64,000 nucleotides of DNA from Botryllus schlosseri (taxonomy: Eukaryota). The notes under the pieces are model-generated. The model had not been told where the DNA came from and searched no databases. It saw nothing but the letters and a program-made list of their open reading frames with translations. Positions within the stretch are counted from its first letter, which is position 1; every line of letters begins with the position of its first letter. Positions 1 to 41,154 of the stretch are shown here, in pieces. The DNA lies in assembly GCA_051294905.1 (NCBI GenBank), contig CM119379.1, positions 1,240,001 to 1,304,000 of the forward strand, read 5' to 3'. A program made the position numbers and the translations under genes.

Positions 1-2765
1 GAGCCGAGCTACGGTGATATGCATCGCTACACGGATCACAAATGCAATGGCGGAGAGGTGATTCCCTGAAACTCACAAGACAAACCGTCACCAGATCACA
101 GGAAATTCCTTTGGACCAAAGCCCCTTGACAGAGCTGGACAACCAGAAAAATTTCAACTTTTCCAAAGTAGCTTAGAGTTAGAATTGAAGCTATTAGTTT
201 TTTTTTCAAATGAAACTAGATTTAGAATGACAACTGCACAGTTTATTCAAATTTAGATTGTAATCGGAATTATAGCTACACAAGTTTTTAGAAAGTAGAT
301 TATAATTATAATTACTGAATTCGTGAAAAGTTCGACGTCGACTCAAGTTCAGTTGATTCTCATAAGCATGGGAATAGCGAATGACTTTACGCCAGGCTTG
401 GCTCATTTCGTATGACACAGTTCTCCAGCAGCATTTTCAGGAAAACTAAAATTCACATTAGAATTCAAATGAGAGCAAAGAAACATTTGACAAATTAGAT
501 TACAATCAGATTTGTGAAAAGTTTCTATGCCTTCACTTTATTGCAAATCTAATTTCTGCTACAGGAGAACTACATCGTGCACAATGAGCCAAGCTCAGAG
601 TGCAGACATTTGCCATTCTCTTGCTGATCAGAATGAACTCTGCTTTCATAGGAAATGAACTTGATTGCTGATGCATATCTTTCTAATTAGTTATGGAATT
701 CAATGTTTTTGCCAAATTGGTTGCTCTAATTCAAATCTGATTTGGGAAGAAACTGCGTCGCTATCATTCTCATTCTAATTTAATTTGAAAAAGCTGTAAA
801 TATCCTAGTTGCCCAAATGCGTCTTAGCGTGGACGGTCGAGAATGCGGTAAAGATGACCGAAAAAACACAGTCCTATAATGTGATCAACTGTGATCGGGA
901 AGGGACAGAAACGAAAAGTGAAAGGAGCTAATCGAGCCGCGGTTGAGCTATAAACTACACCGATTACTACATAAAGCTGAGAAAAAGTAACCAGCGTTGC
1001 TACTCAAGTTGAATGCTGTGAATTTCTGCTCAATTACATGTAGCAATCTCCAAGACAAGTCGGAAGGTTCCGAGTCACGAGTCAATCTCAATTTTACAGG
1101 TTTGACTAGGGTCAAGTCGATTCATTTTCAATTATTTCCAGTTATTGGAGTATAAAATTTAGCATCTTAAATCAAAAAATAGTATTTACAGTCAGAAATT
1201 CCACCATTTACCTATTCTACTCCAATAAGCTTGCTTCTATGGGCTGGAATTGAACCTCATTCGATGTGCAACATTTTATTTAGACACGGAACACTTTCAT
1301 ACGGCAGACAATAAAATTCGAATTTTTTTCACCCAAAGCATTTTAGGCAACCCAACATCATCACATAGCTCGTAAAATTTGAAAAAAAGTTTTATTCGAG
1401 CAATTCCATTGTCCGGTCATTGCACCTGATAAGAAACACATTACTTCAATTTAGTTTGCAAAAGATACTATTCTATTCCTTGGTCTTAGAAATAGCCGAA
1501 AATTTTTTCATGTCATCAGTGTAGTTCAAGCTCAACCGCTTGATCCAACAAGATCACTACAGACACAAGACAGCTATTCGAGTGACATGTCGCTAAATAA
1601 AAAAACGATCACGTCTACCAAGCTATATAGTCACTACGCTGTTTTGACGTACATGCAAGGCCTCCGAGCGACGCGAGCTGACCTGTAAAGGCATAGAAAA
1701 TAACCGACATCATTAGTGCTTGGCAGGGCAGGGCAGAGTGGAGTGCCTGAGTGAATCTGAGTCGAGCATTGGAGGATTACTCATTATCAAGTCTCAAGAA
1801 CATGAATGGCGAGAAAACGTTAAACATGTACCTTTTATGCGCCCACCAAGAATATAATGCCCGCTCTACATCACATCAAAGACTATTTCACATTTTTCAA
1901 CCAGACCTATTTCAATGCACTTTGGAAAATGCTGTGGGTTGATCACGACTTCACAAATGTGTTAGTTGCACTAACGTGCGCAACAAACATAGTTGTACAA
2001 AATAACCCTTTTTTAAGATTTTTGTGGCTATTACCTAAAATTGTTAGGTTGGCTAAAAAACCGTTGAACACCAAATTTAGCTCGATTCCAACGAGTAGAA
2101 GTGAAGGCATTAGAGTTTGAAAATTTTGAATTATTATAAAAAAATTTAATTTTTATTCAATTTTCAATGGCAACCCCGTGAAGTTGGTGAGTTGTCTACA
2201 AAAATGATGCAAAACAAATTTGACTCGTTTCCAGCACGTAGAAGTGAATCTATTCTAGTTTTTGTATTAGTCTACACCCACAGCAAATACTATTTTTTCA
2301 AATCCAAGACTTTCAACTCCAACAACTTCACTTCTACCAGTTGGAATTGAGCCAAATTTGCTGCGTATCGTTTTAATAGACTACTGAAAACTTCTATTCG
2401 GTAGACAGTGAAATTCTAAAAAAAAGTTTATTTTTTGATAATAAATTCCAAATTTTCCAAAACTCTGACAGCTTCACTTCTTCGGAGTCAAATTTGGTCT
2501 CCAACACTTTTTGAGCCAACCTAACAATTTCAACTAATAGCCGTGAAAATCCAGGAAATTTTTTTTTTTAATCGACAACCCTAGCGCATGTTTCGTATGA
2601 TGCATTATTACCAATCGAGGTTTCAAGGTTAACACAGTTTCAATTGGTAACAAAACCAAATGATTGTTGATAAGTTACCTCTACTGACAAGGAGCGTGTA
2701 AATTCAGTACTCTAAAAACTCATCTCTCCCTACTCGACTCAGATTGGAATAGTCAATCATGGTGC

Positions 2766-32065
<29,300 letters not shown>

Positions 32066-33901
32066 TCTTGAACAGGAATATTTCCAATGTTTCAGCAATA
32101 TAGATACTTCCAGATAGTTGATACTGCCGCTTGCTTAGATCAGGAAAACGCAGCAATTCTTATCCGCATGTTACAAAGTACTGGCGACATTATGACATCT
32201 AAGGAGTGAAAGATTCGAATTTATATATGAAAATTCACCAAAACTAACTCGCACACATATCATATCGTACATGTTGGCTATGTCGGCGAAAGCAGTTGAT
32301 GAAAGTCACACACCAAATAGCGACATGTGTAATGGTCATTATCAGTCTATGGTACATAAAATATAACATGGCATACAGATAGATATCATTCACAATTTCT
32401 ATAACAAGAACACATCTTTTCAGTGAAATATTGTGGCCACAATGAAATGTCTTCTTCAAATTCACCACCATTGAAATTTACAACACCAGTAGTTGCAAAA
32501 ATTCAAATCAGCATTAAAAAATAGTGAGACGTTTCCCTTATCACAAGTATGGTAGTCTGTAAGACAATCAGACACAGCTTGAAGTAGAGATATCAAACAT
32601 GGACAAACATGACTGCGAATGATCGCAATTTCCAGGAATCAATGCTGCAATTACACTCTGAAATATTTTTACAAATTGATCTCCACCTTTAACGCTACAG
32701 TAGTATTCCTCTCATTATAAGGTCTGCTACAACTGAGCTTTTCATTTTCATAGCACACTCAAGTTCATCACTCCACCCTGGATCCAAATCAATACTAATC
32801 AAATCCTAATCTCCGCAAAGCCCATAGAATTACTGAAGGATTCAATGCAGATACTCCAATGTTGCCTACACTGCTAGGACTGCTACCAAAACGTAATTTT
32901 AATTCTAACGCACTGAATGCCGTTACTACGAATTGAGAATGAGCGACCAATCATTGCAAATTATAAGGTGCATGAACAAACCATGGCTTGAGGACAAGAC
33001 AATTATGGTATTATTTCCGAAATCATTCACACAACATCGGTTTAGACAAATTAAGCGTGAAATTCAACAAGCCAGTGAAGGGTCTTAACATTGCATAGGC
33101 AAACAGGGAGACCACTACAATATATCTACATAATTCATATATCTACGAAGGGTCATTTTCGTGCTATAGCCTGCTTAAAGTTTTTGTGCCCACAGGAAAG
33201 TCATGCAGCAGAACATTGAGCATAGTGCTGTCAAAAATGCCAACAACAGCACACGCTATTGCTAAAGAATTTTCAAGAGAAATGCCAACATCAATAAAAA
33301 GTCAAAGTTGTCATAACAATAATTGATACAACATAATTATATCAGCAAATATTTTCTTTTTCAGTAATAGGGAATCAACAATGGGTAGTGGACTAGTAAT
33401 AATACACTATTATGGTCGTTTGTAGGCTGATTCTTTATATCAGCGGCGCAGATTCACAGAACAATGCATCACAAACACTTGTCTGCAGCATCTTAAAGAA
33501 ATAACTAGTGCCCTTGAGGATAGTTTGGAAAATGGATGTATGGTACACATCAAACAACTTCAATCAAGAGACTGTGGTCTTAACAAGGGTAGTTTTATTT
33601 CAACCCAGCTACTATGTAGAGTGCATATGTCGAAACCGCAGTAAATACTATGATTCCATTTCAGTGTTTATTAAAATTCATAAAATTTAGTCCCTCAATT
33701 CGACTTCGCGGGTTTATTAAATTCAGAATTTATTCTCATCCAAATAACATGTGAAGATTTAGTCTGGTTTAAATTTTTGCCAAAATCCTAGTTGTACGAA
33801 ACATCGAATATCTAATGAAGAGTTAGGCCTGCAACTTACTACCATGTTGATGAGCACAGCTCAGCTAAGGTGAATTAACAATTAGACTGTAGGCTTTATT
33901 T

Positions 33902-34185
33902 ATATTGGAAATGAACCCGAATATTTTCGGCTGACACTCGTCAGGGGTAATCGTCAGCAACTAGTAGAGAATTGGAAAGAACATCGTATATCAACAATAT
34001 TATCCCGAAATATGACATCGCCGATACGATTGTTGATATGCAATGTTATTTCCAATTCTTTACTAGTGACTGACGATTACCTCGGACGCGTGTCAGGCTG
34101 TCAGCCGAAAATATTCGGTTTGATTTCAATAAGAATATACTATTCAATGGGATATTGAATTGTGTACCTCCGAGAAGCTCTTCAA
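33902..34185. mobile_element. Foldback MITE, family B (arms containing GAACCCGAATATTTTCGGCTGACAC)
   Basis: Inverted arms ~33902-33998 and ~34029-34138. Other full or half copies at ~10765-10870, 13810-13915, 14150-14220, 17160-17260, 21130-21340, 22630-22860, 24105-24265 and 28510-28660. Confidence 0.75.
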
Positions 34186-34325
34186 GATGAATTCGAAGGA
34201 CAGACCCTATCAATTTCAGGACACCTTCCATGCGTCTCTCATTGATGAAATTGTACCTTGGGAGTGTAACTAGTATTGCCACGTATCAATACACATCAAT
34301 AAATATTATAACGGTATGCATTTCA

Positions 34326-35174
34326 TCATACACGCCGTTCATAAAATACCAGCAATCCTTTTGTGATATTCCATCTGGTCGCCAACGATACTATGTATAT
34401 CACCACAAGAATAAGCATCGGAGATAAAAGGGCCACGCTCTTCTTCACAAAAGGGAGATTGTTATAACCAAGAAACGTGATGTACACATAATATCCCAAT
34501 GCGACCAGCCAAAACGTGTTTCCAATTAAAACAGAAATGAACCAGTCTTTAGCTATGAGCGGGTTTATCAGAACTAACTGCACACAATGTAATATCATGA
34601 GCACAGGAAAAAACGCATTAAGATGTACGTCAAACGCATAACCCCACTCAAGGTCCATGTCTCCTTTCCCGTGACGAACCAAGTATTTATTCCCGAGAAA
34701 CCACATTATGGTAGCAATTAACGCGCCCACAGCGACGCAATCCACGAACACAACCCAAAGCAGCAGTTTGAAAATTTTAAACCAAGTCAGTTTCATCACA
34801 AAACCGAATCCTATCGAAGTCACGCAGAATGCTAAGCTGAGCAGCACCAGAAAAGCAGGGTCATCTCGAGCAAATTGGTTCTTTGTGTGTTTTCTGTACT
34901 GAAAATTCCTGTATACTTTGTGGGGTGCTATAAACAAGTTGATCATTTGCCATAATGCGAATTCAAAATCCATTTGACGAAATCGTAAAATCCTTCTTAA
35001 AAACTTTCGGCCCTTTTCCATACTTGTTGCGCAGGCCTTATTCCCATTGCCGCCAGACAGCATCCCGTCCATATTGTACATATAGTCATTCGAATGAACG
35101 CTTTTCAAGCTCCTGCTCGCGTTGGAAGGAGCATAATATGAGCTCGTGGAACTCGGCGGAGATGGGTAATCCAT
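34326..35174 (-). CDS. UNC50: UNC-50 family Golgi/inner nuclear membrane protein, 282 aa, single-exon CDS
   Basis: Continuous ORF with UNC-50 signatures RQMDFEFALWQM, KVYRNFQYRKHTKNQFARDDPAFLVL, LEWGYAFDVHLNAFFP and YITFLGY..LPF. Confidence 0.96.
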   Translation of the reverse strand: MDYPSPPSSTSSYYAPSNASRSLKSVHSNDYMYNMDGMLSGGNGNKACATSMEKGRKFLRRILRFRQMDFEFALWQMINLFIAPHKVYRNFQYRKHTKNQFARDDPAFLVLLSLAFCVTSIGFGFVMKLTWFKIFKLLLWVVFVDCVAVGALIATIMWFLGNKYLVRHGKGDMDLEWGYAFDVHLNAFFPVLMILHCVQLVLINPLIAKDWFISVLIGNTFWLVALGYYVYITFLGYNNLPFVKKSVALLSPMLILVVIYIVSLATRWNITKGLLVFYERRV

Positions 35175-37888
35175 AAGTTAAGTAGATTTTTCTGCTAGAT
35201 TTACTGCTCTATTAAGAAGACTGATGGATTAGTTATTGACCACTTTGGCTCCTGAAATTATACGGCCCTATAGCCACAAAGGGTTAATTCATCTACCAAG
35301 AATTATAGTTTCGAGACTTTTTTCCGATTTGAAGGCTATAAATCAAAATCGGTCGAACCACAGAATACGAAGCATGTCGCAGGTCAAGGGAAATGACATA
35401 TCCATGAAGTCGTAGCCTAATCTACTTGGACCATTGTTTGGTCACATAGTGCAATGAAATATGTTATGCCTCAAAAAGATACCAAACACTCTTTGATGTG
35501 ACGTAATTATAGCAAACTGGCAATATATTGTGTGTGGTCGCATAAAAGGTACATGTTTGAACTTTACACATCATCCATTGTCCTGTGACGTCGTAATGTT
35601 GAGTGATTCTCGAATACTGGAAGCCTAATGCCCCTGATTGGAATCTCCGTCCTTTTTTTGAAATAAATCCTGCGTGATAGAAGCTTTTTTCGCGTGACAG
35701 AGTCAACTTAGCGGCGTGACAAGCAAGGTTACTGACTTCAAATTACTGTGTTAAGCCAGTGAGAGGAGATCAGATGCTAACGGTTAGCAACTGGTAAGGT
35801 GCTAGTACTTTACCAACAGACAGTAATCAACAGATCCTGGCTAGAGGATTAGGTCAAAACATTATATACCACATACTAACTGGAATATAGCATTTGGGGT
35901 GGCTGAGAACATAGACTTTTTTTCAATTATTTTTTTTTAATTTTATTTTTTTAATGAAATCAACGACCCGTGACGGCGTGACCGCGTGCAACTGGCGACC
36001 AAGTCGGCGTGATCCTGCGTGCCTTGGACACCGATTCCATACTGGCTAATGCCCCACTCAGAATCGATTCACTGAGGTACTCGATTTTGCCCGGCCATCA
36101 CTACCCTGGCAAATGTTCAAGTGCTGTTCAAAATAATGAAAACATTGTTCTCCGAAATGGAAAATTATGACTTTCTCGATCGATTGATGCTCGAGCCCAT
36201 CGCATACTCTTTTCTCAGCGCGTAGATATACTACTCTGAGCATTTACCCTATAGCTATAACAGGGATCGCCAAAAACATCTCAAAAACAAGCTAAAAAAC
36301 GGATTATTCAAAAACTGTCTCAATAAGCACAGTATGTTTTATAACATGCGTTTTATTGGTCTGATTATCAAGACCGAATAAATATCACAACAATTCTATA
36401 TTGTACTACAACGCTGAATCAGTCTCACTTTCAAGACCACACTTCATCGGCAAGACTGAAATTGCTGAAAATGAGACCAAATCATCCTCATGTGTGAAAT
36501 TTGAGATCAAATTTGTCTACCATTTTTATAGTGATAATTTATGGAGCCCATATGTTGGTTGCTTCAAAAGATATTTTGACATTATGGCCATAAATTCAAG
36601 AGGAGACCTTAACACACGTCCTCAAAGCTGAGATTGAAATAGTGCGCACACAATAGAACGGTCGTCGTATATGGAATCGTTGTCATGATCTCTCGTCTCG
36701 TCTCGTCTCTCCCAACATGCTCAATTGCTCCCCGAAGGCGGCAAGGCCCCATCTAATTACGCAAAAGGTGCTGCAGTTATTCAAGTCGGGATAGTAATCA
36801 AATAAAGAGGGAAGTGAAGGTGCCAGGGCTCTTGTTTTTTCAACCAATTAAATGATCAGTCCGCATTTGCCATTACAAAATCAAACATACAAATCTTTTT
36901 CGAATCGACTTGCTGATATATTTAGATTTGACATAACAATGCACACAATGGATATAGGTAGCCGACCCTTGCTTCTGAATACTTCTTCCTACCAAAGTGC
37001 GATCGATTTCAGCATATAGCATCAACGTAATCGTACCACCTCGCAACAGATATGTCAACAAGCCACTTCACGGTTTGATCCATCTCTTCTCGTTCTTCCA
37101 GACCCTACTTTCTTATTCTGCCACTTTCGCCAAATTATTTTGACACACCGAATGGCGACACCCGGCGGAGTATATTATTATGGCTCACGTCCAAAGAAAC
37201 CGGTAGCATGAAAGGTGGACGGAAAAGGACATGGACAGACTTGATGCGTTTTCGGAGGAGCTGAATCATTATACCCGCTACAAATCAAAAAGTTTTATTG
37301 AGAAGATTTTTTTTAAATTACCGATGAAAAGATATCTGACAATGAAAATGTTTTCAAGGTTAACCGGCAACAGTACTCCCAACAAATCATCGCTTTTTCA
37401 TTTTGGGAACAGGGATTTCGAATGTTATGAACTTAAGAAATTGAAGATTTATTTCATGAGGAGGCTTGGGCTTACTAAAATCCCACCGTGCTCAGGGTTA
37501 TTCATCGTGAGCTAATAAATGAGTTCATTAAAACCAAATCAAGTTGGGCGGTCTAATCACGCCGATACGCCGTGGTTGCCGTGATTTCAGTAATTTCAAC
37601 TAGTCAGCACGACAGTTCGTGGCATGCAGGTAGGTACTAGGTGGGCGATATTGGGTGATAGTTGCAAGGGGCACCATGGCCATGAGCAGGCTACTTGAAT
37701 CTCATGCCCAACTTCCCGTGTTGTGCGTCAGGAAATCGGAAAGTCAAAATGCGAGATCACGGTTTTGTTTTCGTCTGCTGGATCCAGGTCATTTGACGAC
37801 GGAAATGCGAATGAACGCTTTTTGGTAATCAAGTGATATCGACATGTCTTCATCGTTATGGCTTGATTCAAAAACAAATTCTATAATT

Positions 37889-38755
37889 CATGACTGCATC
37901 GGTCAATAATAGCTGAGGGCATTGCATTTTTATTGATATAGATTTTTATCCTCTGTCTGCGCACCTAATCTGATTTACCGGTAGAGCTGAGTGAGGTGTG
38001 TTTGAATAGTGTAGGAACCCTAAATAATAATTAAACATCTCCGGGTGTATACCCGTTGGCAGGGCCATAACAGCACTTCGTCAGCCCCCCCCCCCCCCCC
38101 CACGTTGGCCTTGGGCCCCCCACAGGGTGATAAACCTCACTTCTGGGGGGCTGACGCCCCCAGACCCCCCTTTGGCTGTTCGCTTTTTGACGCTATTTGA
38201 CTTATGAATTGGGTGTTTGTTTAGTGAGACAGCTTTTCCCGCCAAGACGCGCGAAGCGCGAAAAATTCCAGTAAATCATGATTAAATCGGGCAATATGAT
38301 CGGGAATTACATATATATTGCTATCAATTTTGATCCTCTTTCTGCTCACGTAATCAGATTTACCGGTAGAGCTGAGCGAGGTCTGTTTTAAAACGTAGGA
38401 CCACCCAATAATAATTAGACATCTTCGGGCGTATACCCGTTGGCAGGAACGAAACAGCACTTCGTCAGCCCCGCCCCCCTCACAAAAACTTGGGTTTTGG
38501 GTTCTCATAGGGTGATAAACCGACCCCTCATCACAGTGTTCGCTTTTGCCACGAAATTAGCTGCACTGTTTAGTGAGCCAGCTCAAAGCGCGAAAATTTT
38601 CGAGAATTCATGATACAATCGGTCAATAAGATCGGGCATTGCATATATTATTGCTATCAATATCTTGTCCTCTCTGCTCACGTTATCAGATTTACCGGAA
38701 ACTGTAGGGCCCGTAAATAATAATTAAACATCTTCAGGCGGGCGAACCGTTGGTA
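37889..38755. repeat. Three tandem degenerate copies of a ~330-390-bp unit
   Basis: Units start at 37889, 38277 and 38609; shared TGATTTACCGG/AGATTTACCGG, AATAATAATT, ACATCT and CCGTTGG. Confidence 0.75.
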
Positions 38756-39182
38756 TGACTTCGTTACATGATTTTATTTTGTGACCTCCTTTCTGCTATA
38801 TCAAAAATATAGAATCGCTCAAACGTACTAAACCAGGGGTGGCCAACCTCTTCAGCCAAATAAGGGCCTCATTTGATTAATGAACTATTGTGCGGACCAC
38901 ATAGCCGCGCTAAGCGCAAAAATTTTCGAAGTTCATGGGTCAATAATATTGTCACTTGACTATATTGCGGGTCTGCTGTATATCGCTGGGCTCAGTTTGC
39001 AAGGAATGGACTATTCGGCGCCTGGACATATCGATATCGAAAGCTTCGATCAACATGCGTCAATCATTTTCTGCCTAGTTTCCATAGTCGACGGTCTTTC
39101 TGCGAGCGCAAACGCCATAGGTTGCGTATGTTGAACGACACTTTGTCGCGTAATCGCGAATATAGTTAGACTCAATCTGGCA

Positions 39183-39479
39183 CATCATCATCATCATTGG
39201 TTTATTAGCAATTTTATCAGTTCAATACACCACAAAAAATGCGATACAATGAAAAGACAGGAAGATGTCGAAGCGACAAGGAGTAGTCTATGGAATCTGA
39301 CACCCACCTTGGCCTAGGCGATGTAAAGAGGAGGCATGCACACTAAATGAAAGTAAAGAAGATAGTATAGAAAAAGAAAGCGACAAGAAATAGGGCGGCA
39401 TGTCATGGGGAGCGAGATCGATAGGTCAGTCGAGGTCCGGTAATCTTGAGGATGGACTCTATTTATTTAGTAGTAATTG
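39183..39479 (-). mobile_element. 3' UTR and (ATG)n tail of the same L2/Crack-type LINE
   Basis: Minus strand ends in AATAAACCA(ATG)4; a homologous 3' end occurs independently at 57081-57201. Confidence 0.75.
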
Positions 39480-39684
39480 AGTTCGCTTCAGACCCTCGTC
39501 GAGTGCGGAGGTCTCTTGTTCGCGTCAGGTAATTAGTGGATTGCGCCACGAGTAGCAAGAGGTTCTGCGATAGGATTTACATTACGGTAAGATCTTTCCT
39601 TTTACTAGTGTATTGTAGTGTAGTGTCAGCTCTAGGCGATATCTGCCTGATATCGTTGCCTCCTCACTACCATTAGGGTAGAAG

Positions 39685-41154
39685 ATGGACGGCGTATCTT
39701 CAGAAAAGCGTAAAGCAGACCCCATCTCATCTGATAGCGACGATAGCACATCGCGTTCAAAAGTTAAGGTTCCAGCAAGGGGATATGCTTCTATATCCAC
39801 CCCTCCTGAACATATAACCTTCAGACCAGCTAGCAATAGAAATTCCACGGCCCCATGCGCCCAACCGGCCAGTAATGGCCATGATAAAAATACTTCAACC
39901 CAGACCATATCATCTTATTCAGCAGCCGAATCGGTGACTGCTGCCGTAAATACACCTCAACAGTCCACTCCTGGAGGTAGAACCGATCTTCAGATCATAA
40001 TATCCGGGCAGGATAGACGTATGACCCGCTATCATCCCACCCAGGTAAACAGGGCTCTGCACTCCCTTATAGGAAGTTACGACGAAATAAAACCCTTACC
40101 GTCCGGAGACATTGCTATAAAATGCCACAATCAAAGGCAGGTAAAACTAATATTGGAATGTAACCACATCAAGGACACCGTCACACAAACCAGCATACCG
40201 ATCAACGCTTCGATTCGTGATTATCGTAAACCGTGCGCTTCCCGATGTGTAATAAAGGGCGTCCCCTTTGACATATCGGATTCCGAATTGTTAGAGGAGT
40301 TGAACTCTTTCCAGGTCACGTTCACGAAGCGACTTAAAAGGAGGTCTGATAAGGGTCTTGTGGCTAGCATGACTGTCCTACTAGGTTTCGATTCCGAGCA
40401 GACTCCGTCGTATGTCACCTTCGGGTATTTGCGATTCAAAACACATACTTACAATCCGCCCCCAACGAGGTGCTATAATTGCAATCGGTACGGACATACA
40501 GCGAAAGCATGTAGAGGTAAACACAGTTGCACAAAATGCGGTGGTCGAGACCACAAATACGAATCTTGTCCCAATGATAAGAAATGCCTTAATTGCCATC
40601 AATCGCACAGCGCCGCCTACGCAGGATGCCCGACGTATAGAGAAGAGGCCAAGATTCAGGTCGTGAAAGAACGCTCGAACATTACATACGACGAAGCTAG
40701 GACTTTCATTCGCACGCAGCCAGTAACACCAAATATTCAATGTGAAAACAGTGCAGTTTCGTACGCACACAAGGCAGCCTCTACCCCAAATAGTAAGAAA
40801 GTTCGCGGCCCCGCAGCGCGTCCAGCACAAAACGATGGCGATCTTAGACATCTTCAATGTGGAAATATGTCACCATCTCCACAGGTGTCATTGAACCCAG
40901 TGAGCACTGTACCTAGAAGCAAGGACAATGAAGTACCCAAAATCGAGACCGTACAACTGCTAGCAATGATTGCACAAATTGTTCAGCTAACAATATCTGC
41001 ATCCAAGTCTGGAAACACTGATATATTCAACATAGTGGCTAAAGTGTCCAGTAGCTATTTAGGGCACGAGATCTCCCCTACCGCGCTCCAGGGTTCATCA
41101 AATTTGGTGAACCAATATCAGCAGGAAAAAGATACTGGCAGCCATGACGCATAA
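39685..41154 (+). CDS. LINE ORF1, gag-like nucleic-acid-binding protein, 489 aa
   Basis: Three Cys-His knuckles: CYNCNRYGHTAKAC, CTKCGGRDHKYESC, CLNCHQSHSAAYAGC. Confidence 0.92.
   Translation: MDGVSSEKRKADPISSDSDDSTSRSKVKVPARGYASISTPPEHITFRPASNRNSTAPCAQPASNGHDKNTSTQTISSYSAAESVTAAVNTPQQSTPGGRTDLQIIISGQDRRMTRYHPTQVNRALHSLIGSYDEIKPLPSGDIAIKCHNQRQVKLILECNHIKDTVTQTSIPINASIRDYRKPCASRCVIKGVPFDISDSELLEELNSFQVTFTKRLKRRSDKGLVASMTVLLGFDSEQTPSYVTFGYLRFKTHTYNPPPTRCYNCNRYGHTAKACRGKHSCTKCGGRDHKYESCPNDKKCLNCHQSHSAAYAGCPTYREEAKIQVVKERSNITYDEARTFIRTQPVTPNIQCENSAVSYAHKAASTPNSKKVRGPAARPAQNDGDLRHLQCGNMSPSPQVSLNPVSTVPRSKDNEVPKIETVQLLAMIAQIVQLTISASKSGNTDIFNIVAKVSSSYLGHEISPTALQGSSNLVNQYQQEKDTGSHDA

Noticed and set aside
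1241-1258. GGTTCAATTCC (minus strand) resembling a tRNA T-loop/Pol III B box; similar GGCTCAATTCC motifs recur widely
   Set aside because: No A box or cloverleaf; it is the internal motif of MITE family A, so not a tRNA or tRNA-SINE.
36660-37170. Solo LTR or LTR plus primer-binding site
   Set aside because: No second LTR, no 4-6 bp TSD, and TGGCGAC is not directly adjacent to a CA end; kept only as a low-interest unexplained block.
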